From positions 1-24,155 of IMG/VR virus record IMGVR_UViG_3300044724_001019: a DNA stretch of 24,155 nucleotides, one strand, 5' to 3'. Below are positions 1 to 6,035 of the stretch, in pieces. Origin of the DNA: a virus. Lineage: Duplodnaviria; Caudoviricetes. How positions within the stretch are numbered: the first letter of the stretch is position 1; each line of letters opens with the position of its first letter. The notes under the pieces are model-generated. The model was not told where the DNA came from and searched no databases. It was given only the letters and a program-made list of their open reading frames with translations. Made by a program: the position numbers and the translations under genes.

Positions 1-2
1 GC

Positions 3-623
3 CTTGTTGTAGACCGCCTGTTGCATGATTTGCTGGGGAGTTGGTTCTGTCTTGGGCTTCGGGTTGCGCCAAGTGCGGGTGCCGTCCTTCTTTAACGGGT
101 TCCGCATTGGCAGACTGCATTTCAGGTCAATCTGTCTGCCAGCGCCCGTAAAGTCTTGGAACAGGATGACGGGAACATCCAGCTTTTCTTCGTGGTAGAA
201 GCGCTGGTATTCGCCTTCGAAAGCGACTCCTTGATAGAACTCGCGTACACCCTCAACAGCGTATCTCGCCATTGTTGGGATGACTTCTTTGAAGTGGTGG
301 TATTCTTCTGCATCCTTGCCTCCGTCCCAGTCTCTAGGCTTGTAAAACTCAAACTCAGTCATGCCGCGACTGATTGCCTCGTCTAAGTCTACAGGCTCTT
401 TCGGCCCGTAGATAGGGCTGTAGTCGTGGACGCCCAAAGCCATGTCGGCTATGCTTTGTACTATCTGCCCAGCGCGGGGACGTGCGGCGAAGGGGAAGTT
501 CATCTTGTGTTCTTTGCGAAGGTACAGCTTCAACACATGCTCATCAATCGGCTGCGTTGCACCCGACGCACTGACATGCTGCCGCCCAAAGAACAAACTG
601 TAGTCTGGAATCTCTCGTTGCAT
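3..623 (-). CDS. PD-(D/E)XK (RecB/Cas4-like) exonuclease, 3'-truncated at window edge
   Basis: Not in the ORF track because it has no stop in the window. My translation: MQREIPDYSLFFGRQHVSASGATQPIDEHVLKLYLRKEHK...EGEYQRFYHEEKLDVPVILFQDFTGAGRQIDLKCSLP...PTPQQIMQQAVYNK. It shows E...D...DLK catalytic spacing and the QxxxY motif of RecB-family nucleases. SD GGAGG lies 5 nt upstream of the ATG at 623. Confidence 0.8.
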   Translation of the reverse strand, partial: MQREIPDYSLFFGRQHVSASGATQPIDEHVLKLYLRKEHKMNFPFAARPRAGQIVQSIADMALGVHDYSPIYGPKEPVDLDEAISRGMTEFEFYKPRDWDGGKDAEEYHHFKEVIPTMARYAVEGVREFYQGVAFEGEYQRFYHEEKLDVPVILFQDFTGAGRQIDLKCSLPMRNPLKKDGTRTWRNPKPKTEPTPQQIMQQAVYNK

Positions 624-641
624 AAAACCCTCCATATCCCC

Positions 642-670
642 GTATTAAACATATTCAACATAGGTGTCAA
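642..670 (-). promoter_or_regulatory. Putative sigma70 promoter for the exonuclease operon
   Basis: Minus strand reads TTGACA-N17-TAATAC immediately upstream of the SD/ATG at 623, in an AT-rich gap between divergent genes. Confidence 0.55.
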
Positions 671-672
671 CA

Positions 673-870
673 ATGTTTATTGTTTTTGATTCGGATGAAT
701 TAGTTGATTGTGCGAAATGCGAGGGCAACGGTGTAATCCCCATTGACTTGTATGAGCATAGCGAATTAGGGTTCGACATCACCCGCAGCTATTCATGGCA
801 GTGTGGTGTATGTGGAGGCGAGGGCAAGCTGATGCCTTTCTTTGAAATGGAATTTGATGCCGAAGGATAG
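673..870 (+). CDS. Small DnaJ-type zinc-finger protein
   Basis: Two CxxCxGxG motifs (CAKCEGNG, CGVCGGEG) and an acidic C-terminus. The ATG at 673 is preferred to the GTG at 664. Confidence 0.7.
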   Translation: MFIVFDSDELVDCAKCEGNGVIPIDLYEHSELGFDITRSYSWQCGVCGGEGKLMPFFEMEFDAEG

Positions 871-982
871 AGAGATTCGCTGCCGGTACGCACATTGTGA
901 TGACGATGTGCCTGACGGTTGGGAGTCTTATCCTCTTGGCGGTTGGCACGGTGCCAAAGGCTATGTTTTATGGAGTGAATAC

Positions 983-1435
983 ATGACCAATGGACGCGCT
1001 AAGGGCGCTCAATTTGAACGCGACGTGGCCCGCATGTGCCACAGCTCTCTAGGTTTTGATGCGAAACGAGACTTAGAGCAATACAGAAGCGGTGACCGGG
1101 GTGACCTGATTGGGGTGCCTGGCTGGGTGATTGAGTGCAAACGCTACGCTTCTGGCTCCAGCTATAAAGAAGAATGGTGGAAACAGGTGACCAAGGCGGC
1201 GGACGCTGCATTATGTGAGCCTGTTCTCATTTACAAGTATGACCGCCAGCCAATCCGCTGCGTGGTGTATCTCAGTAGCATCAACCCGGACTATTGGGGC
1301 AAGGCTGACACGGCTACGATTAGTTTTGACACTTGGTGCATGATTGTAAGGGAGGGCCTGACAGATGAAGACCGCAGACCAAATGACGTTGGAGGAATTT
1401 CGCAGCCTATTGGCAGAGGTAACGGCTCCGCCTAA
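983..1435 (+). CDS. Hjc-like Holliday junction resolvase / PD-(D/E)XK endonuclease
   Basis: N-terminal 'NGRAKGAQFERDVA', then 'GDL...WVIECKRY', 'WWKQV' and 'PVLIYKYDR', typical of phage Hjc-like resolvases. SD GGAG precedes the ATG at 983. The frame is open upstream to 857/842. Confidence 0.8.
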   Translation: MTNGRAKGAQFERDVARMCHSSLGFDAKRDLEQYRSGDRGDLIGVPGWVIECKRYASGSSYKEEWWKQVTKAADAALCEPVLIYKYDRQPIRCVVYLSSINPDYWGKADTATISFDTWCMIVREGLTDEDRRPNDVGGISQPIGRGNGSA

Positions 1436-1565
1436 AGTGACGCCTATGCCACGGGGTACTTACCAGCGCAAGGTAAAGCCAACGGCAGCGCAGCAACCGT
1501 TCTGGAATAAGCGAAAGAAGGGTGTGAACAAGCGGCCTAAGCGCCGTCCAGCTTCTCGCACTTGA
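1365..1565 (+). CDS. Small basic hypothetical protein
   Basis: SD GGAGGG at ~1351-1356, 'MTLEEFRSLL' N-terminal helix and a K/R-rich tail. Overlaps the resolvase 3' end. Confidence 0.6.
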   Translation: MKTADQMTLEEFRSLLAEVTAPPKVTPMPRGTYQRKVKPTAAQQPFWNKRKKGVNKRPKRRPASRT

Positions 1566-1731
1566 ACCTAGCCATCATTGGAACAGGGAAGAAGGGCGCA
1601 AGCCCTTTTTCCATTTTCACTGCCCGCTGGTAGCAGTCTTGCATTGTTTCTTGCGGCCCTGTCGTGTCTTCAAACAGCACGCACTGATTCGGCTGTGCTA
1701 TAGCGCAGAGCATCACGAGCGTCTTGAACAT
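1537..1731 (-). CDS. Small Cys-containing, probably exported hypothetical protein
   Basis: SD AAAGGAG upstream, a hydrophobic N-terminus (MFKTLVMLCAIA) and four Cys residues. Confidence 0.75.
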   Translation of the reverse strand: MFKTLVMLCAIAQPNQCVLFEDTTGPQETMQDCYQRAVKMEKGLAPFFPVPMMARFKCEKLDGA

Positions 1732-1752
1732 GGCAACGCTCCTTTCATAACA

Positions 1753-1761
1753 ATCCTAGCA
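1753..1761 (-). promoter_or_regulatory. Putative extended -10 promoter
   Basis: Minus strand TGcTAGGAT (TGn + TAnnnT) about 20 nt upstream of the ATG at 1731, in the gap after the HNH stop. Confidence 0.45.
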
Positions 1762-1779
1762 TTAAGTGGGGGGATATTG

Positions 1780-2667
1780 CTAATTGCCCTCTTCCCATGT
1801 CGGCGGTGTGTGGTCCGGCCCGTAAAAGTCTTCCGGCATTTTGTTGCTTTTGGCTAGGTTTTCCTCTGCGGTAATCACTTGCAGATTCCACGGCACGTTT
1901 AGGCCACAGACGCAATCATCACGCCCGAATAGCGGATAGTAGTGGTCTAGGTGGTGCTTCTCGCCCGTCTCTATCTCCATCTTTCTCAGCAAGGAATATT
2001 TGGCATGGAAGTGGTGCGGCATCAGTCCGCGCAGGGTGGCTTTCTTTATCCTTTCCTGCCTCCGCTTTGACGCCTCATATGCTGCCTTGTTGACTCGTAT
2101 TGGCTTGGCGCGGGTTCCTTCAAACAGGTAGTCCACCTCCATGCCTTCTGAGATTTCTTTTAGAAACATTAGGCGCAGCCCTATGCGGCCAGGGCTTTCA
2201 CCTCTCGGCTTGCAGATGGCTTCGACGCGGTTGTAGTAGTCGTCATCGACATACATTCGTAGCTTGTGAACGGTCTGGTATAGCTGCTTGTGTTCAGTCC
2301 TGACGAACAACAGGTCGCAGGGTGTGTTGTATATGTCACCGACCATGCCGCCATAGTTCTTCTTCGCCAGCAGCTTATAGAATATGTCCGGCTCATGCCG
2401 CCCTATGTTGTGGGCCTCTGTCAGTCCTCCCACTTTCGGCACATATGGTTTCAGTGTGCTGATTTTAGACGAGATGCCGGGTTGGTTTCTCTTGGTGTTG
2501 TACACCACAAAGTATTCATCAAACTTGGCTAGGTAGTTCTCTGGCAGGTCATCCGCCTCACAGCCACGCTTAAACTTGGCGACAATGGCCTCATGTCCGG
2601 CGATGTTACCGGCCTGTGTCCATGCGAAGTCTTCCCGGTCTGACTGTCTCTTTGTCTGTCTTCCCAT
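1780..2667 (-). CDS. HNH endonuclease with a long unassigned N-terminal region
   Basis: C-terminal '[36 protein letters not shown]' is a canonical phage HNH motif, preceded by the usual 'KRR..RIKKAT' basic helix. The strong SD GAGGAGG favours the start at 2667 over 2703. Confidence 0.85.
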   Translation of the reverse strand: MGRQTKRQSDREDFAWTQAGNIAGHEAIVAKFKRGCEADDLPENYLAKFDEYFVVYNTKRNQPGISSKISTLKPYVPKVGGLTEAHNIGRHEPDIFYKLLAKKNYGGMVGDIYNTPCDLLFVRTEHKQLYQTVHKLRMYVDDDYYNRVEAICKPRGESPGRIGLRLMFLKEISEGMEVDYLFEGTRAKPIRVNKAAYEASKRRQERIKKATLRGLMPHHFHAKYSLLRKMEIETGEKHHLDHYYPLFGRDDCVCGLNVPWNLQVITAEENLAKSNKMPEDFYGPDHTPPTWEEGN

Positions 2668-2719
2668 GTCCGTGTCCTCCTCTTTACAGACGGTTAAATC
2701 CATGCTATTTGAGTTACCT

Positions 2720-2881
2720 CATTGCAGCGCGGCAGGAATGTTGAGGCATTGACAGTGCCGCTGAATTGTCAATGCCGATGCAGAAGCAAAACAAAACTTT
2801 TCTATATATCCAAAAACATTGCTTAGCCATTGCTGATGCAGTGTTGCTCCAGCAATGACATTGCTTAAGCAATGACATTGC
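2720..2881. repeat. CATTGC/GCAATG palindromic repeat cluster (candidate origin or operator)
   Basis: Seven exact hexamer copies (2720, 2817, 2828, 2852, 2859, 2869, 2876), a 14-bp direct repeat AGCAATGACATTGC at 2851 and 2868, a 10-bp inverted repeat GGCATTGACA/TGTCAATGCC (2745-2754, 2767-2776), and AT-rich tracts at 2785-2816 and 2886-2910. Confidence 0.8.
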
Positions 2882-2901
2882 CAGAGATTTTTTTTTAGAT
2901 T

Positions 2902-3075
2902 TTATTTTTGTTCCAGTTCCAACGCTTGCAACGCCAGTTCTACAGTGCGCGGTATTGGATGCTCACCGGATTCATAGTACTGGACAGTGCGTCTGGCCAA
3001 GCCTAGTCGTTCAGCAAAACTCTGCTGTGTGTAACCAAGCATCTCCCGCCTGTGTTTTAGGTCATTAGCGGTCAC
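2902..3075 (-). CDS. XRE/Cro-family helix-turn-helix regulator
   Basis: 'LKHRREMLGYTQQSFAERLGLARRTVQYYESGEHPIP' is a textbook HTH_3 pattern. The GTG start at 3075 lies 8 nt after SD AAGGAGGT. Confidence 0.9.
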   Translation of the reverse strand: MTANDLKHRREMLGYTQQSFAERLGLARRTVQYYESGEHPIPRTVELALQALELEQK

Positions 3076-3301
3076 TGCCCCATACCTCCTTTTTCTCAAT
3101 CCAGTGTGGCTCTGATGCTGTCACCACCTCTGCGATGGCCCAGCTTGAAAGGCTGTATTCGCCCGGCACATAGTCCCTGTCCTTGTGTTTCTCTATGATG
3201 GCTTGCGCTTCTTCCAGCGTGTCTGCCAGTTGGTAGTTGTCCCGGTAGCTAGGCCCGCCATGTGTGCGGCTAAACTCCAGCGTGGTTACGATTATGAACA
3301 T
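3065..3301 (-). CDS. Hypothetical early protein
   Basis: SD AAGGAGG; tightly coupled to both neighbours. Confidence 0.75.
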   Translation of the reverse strand: MFIIVTTLEFSRTHGGPSYRDNYQLADTLEEAQAIIEKHKDRDYVPGEYSLSSWAIAEVVTASEPHWIEKKEVWGSDR

Positions 3302-3302
3302 G

Positions 3303-3503
3303 TCAGTCCTCCTTCTTGCTGCTGATGTAGATGTGATGGCTATTCACTAGCCAGTTAGTCTGGCTGATGCTGTCCCTGACAGCTTCGCGCCATTCTTCGT
3401 CCCACAGGCCGTCCAGTGATGAGTCCATCATCTCCAGCATGTCAGACGCTGCCTGTATGACCTCGATGAAGGCCCGTCGTTGGCTGTTGTTAATCATGTG
3501 CAT
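3303..3503 (-). CDS. Hypothetical early protein
   Basis: SD AAAGG; acidic helical sequence; fits the operon packing. Confidence 0.7.
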   Translation of the reverse strand: MHMINNSQRRAFIEVIQAASDMLEMMDSSLDGLWDEEWREAVRDSISQTNWLVNSHHIYISSKKED

Positions 3504-3516
3504 GTCTATGCCTTTC

Positions 3517-3795
3517 TCAATGCTCGGTCTCTGTTTCGTCTTCCATGTCTTCAGCTATTAGCTGCTTAATGGCGTCTTGCTTTGCCTCGTCAATGACGCA
3601 CATCAGCATGACCAGCCCTGCGTCTCTGCCGTCGTGGCAGTTATGTGCCAGTCTCAGCACGGCATGGTGGAACATCAGCGACAGGTTATAGGCTGTCTCC
3701 ATGACTCCGTCGTGCGGGTGGTCGTTGGCCGCATCAATGCAAGCCTTCAGGAAGTTTGCATCGTGTTCGGTCAATGGGTTTTCTTTGCTGTTCAT
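3517..3795 (-). CDS. Hypothetical early protein
   Basis: SD GAGGAGG; ATGA overlap with the upstream gene's stop. Confidence 0.75.
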   Translation of the reverse strand: MNSKENPLTEHDANFLKACIDAANDHPHDGVMETAYNLSLMFHHAVLRLAHNCHDGRDAGLVMLMCVIDEAKQDAIKQLIAEDMEDETETEH

Positions 3796-3935
3796 TTCTC
3801 TTCCTCCTCGGTTGTGGCATCTTCAGCCGACCAATCGTCGGTCGTCATAACGTGCCAGCTGCGGCAGTTGGGACAGCTTTCCTCAAAGCTATCGGCCTGC
3901 CAGTGATGGTTACAGTTTCCGCAATCGTGGTTCAT
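3792..3935 (-). CDS. 47-aa zinc-ribbon protein
   Basis: Below the ORF-track cutoff. MNHDCGNCNHHWQADSFEESCPNCRSWHVMTTDDWSAEDATTEEEEK has two CxxC motifs and an acidic tail. SD AGGAGGG; ATGA coupling to the next gene. Confidence 0.75.
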   Translation of the reverse strand: MNHDCGNCNHHWQADSFEESCPNCRSWHVMTTDDWSAEDATTEEEEK

Positions 3936-3947
3936 GTCTCTGCCCTC

Positions 3948-4079
3948 CTATTTGATGCCAGCCAACCAAGCGAAAGCCTGCCAGCCCCAAGCGTCAGGGC
4001 CAGTCAAAAAGCCCCAGATGAATAGCCCGGCCAGCGTGATGCTGGCCAAGGCCTCAAGGATGATTGCAAGGCGGCTCAT
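3948..4079 (-). CDS. 43-aa membrane protein
   Basis: Below the cutoff. MSRLAIILEALASITLAGLFIWGFLTGPDAWGWQAFAWLAGIK is one hydrophobic helix plus a Trp-rich tail. SD GGAGG; ATGA overlap with the upstream stop. Confidence 0.7.
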   Translation of the reverse strand: MSRLAIILEALASITLAGLFIWGFLTGPDAWGWQAFAWLAGIK

Positions 4080-4270
4080 GTCTTGGCCTCCCACATTGTT
4101 CTGCCAGTGTTGAGGCACTCCATTGTGCGCAACGCTGACAGCATTTCCTCTGCCTCTTTCAGGTTGTCAAAGTCGTAGCTAGTCGAACGGTTTCCAAGTG
4201 GCCCATCGCTAACCTGAAACTCTACAGTGCCGTCCGGCATCTCTGCCCGGACAATTCCCCAGCTTGTCAT
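4076..4270 (-). CDS. Hypothetical early protein
   Basis: SD GAGG; ATGA overlaps at both ends. Confidence 0.75.
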   Translation of the reverse strand: MTSWGIVRAEMPDGTVEFQVSDGPLGNRSTSYDFDNLKEAEEMLSALRTMECLNTGRTMWEAKT

Positions 4271-4485
4271 TGGTTCGCCTCACGCATGTAAAGCTGACAG
4301 CGGCGCATGGCGTTGCGAATGTCTGACATAGTCCAGTCCAGCAGGTCAGAGTCTATGCGTCCCGTCTCATGCAATTCTGCTTCGGCATGAGCCAGTGATT
4401 TCAGGGCGCGGTATACCCTGCGCGTTGCGTCAGCCTCCGGCGCTGTTGTCTCGCGGCGCTTGGCCTTGTGTCTGGTGTTGTCCAT
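4267..4485 (-). CDS. Hypothetical early protein (72 aa)
   Basis: The real start is probably MDNTRHK at 4485 (SD GAGAGGG). The longer 4770 start overlaps the GP88-like gene. Confidence 0.7.
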   Translation of the reverse strand: MDNTRHKAKRRETTAPEADATRRVYRALKSLAHAEAELHETGRIDSDLLDWTMSDIRNAMRRCQLYMREANQ

Positions 4486-4501
4486 TTCTAAGCCCTCTCT
4501 C

Positions 4502-5269
4502 TTAATGGGTGATGAATGCGACAGGCTTGGAAGCTTGCCAGCACAAGCCGCAAGCGCCGCATGATGGGGCCAACGTTTCTTCGCCTTTCTTGGCAAGCTG
4601 GCCGGTGGTCTTGCTGATTTGCGTCGGACAGGTGAATGCCTGTTTAGTCGCCAGCAAGTCTTGGGTGCGTTCATCATCTGCCGACAATGCCGCAAAACTG
4701 TCATTGAAAGAGCCAGAGAACCGGACAGCCCACCGAATGCCGCACTCCCGGCGCAAGGTGGCCAGCGCATGGCCTATGGCCCGCTCTTGGCTGTCAACAG
4801 CGTCTGGTTGGTTGGCCGTGTATCCGTACACATGCAACGCCGGGAACATGCCAAGCCACTTTGCCCATTGTGCGACGTAGGCGACGGAATAGAAGTCACC
4901 AAGCACATGCAACCGGACCAGAAAGCCATTCGGGTGGTTGGCTTGGTAGTGCGCAAGGTCTGATTCTATTTGCTCCAGCAAGGCATTGTCTGCCTTGTAC
5001 CGTGTCGCGTTCATCATGTTATTGCCGTAGCAATCCGCCCAATGGGCGCAAGAGCGCGGGCAAGTGGCGCGTTCTTCTAGTGTCAAAGTGAAGATGGGAA
5101 AGCCAGCTAGCCTGCCCTTGGTTACACGCTTGCCAAGCTTGGTGTTAGTGCTGGTCTTTATAGCCCGCTCGGTCTTGGCCATGCCGTCTGCGACGGACTT
5201 GGCCCGCAGGTCATGGTACACGCTACGGCCAGCCAGTATGGCCATTTCAGTCTTGGTCAATTGTTTCAT
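4502..5269 (-). CDS. GP88-like (mycobacteriophage gene 88 family) Cys-rich protein
   Basis: Motifs 'NTKLGK', 'TLTLEERATCPRSC...CYGNNM', 'VRLHVLGDFYS', 'YGYTA' and C-terminal 'CP...CGACGLCW' match my recollection of the GP88 family. SD GGAGGG precedes MKQLTK at 5269. Confidence 0.75.
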   Translation of the reverse strand: MKQLTKTEMAILAGRSVYHDLRAKSVADGMAKTERAIKTSTNTKLGKRVTKGRLAGFPIFTLTLEERATCPRSCAHWADCYGNNMMNATRYKADNALLEQIESDLAHYQANHPNGFLVRLHVLGDFYSVAYVAQWAKWLGMFPALHVYGYTANQPDAVDSQERAIGHALATLRRECGIRWAVRFSGSFNDSFAALSADDERTQDLLATKQAFTCPTQISKTTGQLAKKGEETLAPSCGACGLCWQASKPVAFITH

Positions 5270-5303
5270 CGCTTTGCCCTCCAGCACGATTGAACATGAT
5301 TCA

Positions 5304-5332
5304 CATATGGCGCATTGGTTGCGCTATGTCAA
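5304..5332 (-). promoter_or_regulatory. Putative early sigma70 promoter with an inverted repeat in the spacer
   Basis: Minus strand TTGACA (5332-5327)-N17-CATATG. The spacer contains GCGCA-N5-TGCGC (5310-5324). Confidence 0.55.
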
Positions 5333-5499
5333 CGGCAAAAACACCGGAAAGTAAAAAAAAGACACAAGCATGTTGTGAGCGTGTATATACTAAAGCATCG
5401 GCGGAACGGTTGGAGCTAATGCAGCATGAATGGTGTGGTGAGTGTGTCAGTACACACAGAGAAGACACAACCACACGCGGCAATGTATATATGTGACAT

Positions 5500-5610
5500 A
5501 TCCGCAACAGTGTCGCAGTCAGGCCACAGTGACATGACGGCCACAGTGTTGCATCGAGGCCACGGGGGGTCTCGCGCAGCCCACACCCCCGCCCAGGCGC
5601 GGCCACTCTA
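5500..5610. repeat. Short degenerate repeats upstream of terS (candidate pac/terminus region)
   Basis: GGCCAC at 5522, 5539, 5558 and 5601; ACAGTG at 5507, 5526 and 5543 (17-19 bp period); a G6 run at 5564-5569 and a C5 run at 5586-5590. Confidence 0.5.
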
Positions 5611-5654
5611 TATATGTGTTAATTGACCTCTACACACTCACACTCGGAGGAAGC

Positions 5655-6035
5655 ATGGGCAAGATTACAAAGGCAAACACAACCAAGGTCATTGAGCTAC
5701 TGAGCGAAGGCTATAGCTTGGTGAAGGCTTGCGAGGGCGCGGGCATATCCCGTGCGGGCGCATATAAGCGTATGAGGGCCGATGAGGAGTTTCGGGCGGC
5801 TGTGTACACGGCAAGGGCTGAGAGCGCTGAGAAGGCTCTGGAGGAGCTTGACGGCATGTATTTGAACGCACTGGAGGGGCATAAGCGGTATGACCCCAAC
5901 ATATTACGAGACTATGCGCAACATGTGCGCTGGCGGGCTAAGACCTCTATGCCAGAACAATACGGTGAGTCCAAAAATCGTGCTGGCGTCGAGGTAAGTG
6001 ACGGCACGGTGCGTATCCTGTGGGAGACTGACTGA
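5655..6035 (+). CDS. terS: Terminase small subunit
   Basis: N-terminal HTH-like 'ELLSEGYSLVKACEGAGISRAGAYKRM' and 'VRWRAKTSMPEQYGE' motif. SD GGAGG at 5646-5650; TGATG coupling to terL. Confidence 0.85.
   Translation: MGKITKANTTKVIELLSEGYSLVKACEGAGISRAGAYKRMRADEEFRAAVYTARAESAEKALEELDGMYLNALEGHKRYDPNILRDYAQHVRWRAKTSMPEQYGESKNRAGVEVSDGTVRILWETD

Noticed and set aside
122-689. Track ORFs 122-352(-), 156-386(+) and 426-689(+)
   Set aside because: All overlap the better-supported exonuclease frame (623 to the left edge).
2700-2900. Repeat cluster as a CRISPR, TIGR-like or HEARO/omega guide-RNA locus for the HNH protein
   Set aside because: No regular repeat-spacer periodicity with unique spacers, and no recognisable RuvC or Nop motif in the protein. 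It cannot be fully excluded without a covariance-model search.
4486-4770. N-terminal extension of the 167-aa ORF 4267-4770
   Set aside because: Out-of-frame overlap with the GP88-like gene; a good SD supports the start at 4485.
5290-5626. Short ORFs in the divergent intergenic region
   Set aside because: No SDs; low-complexity translations that reflect the CA/TG repeats.
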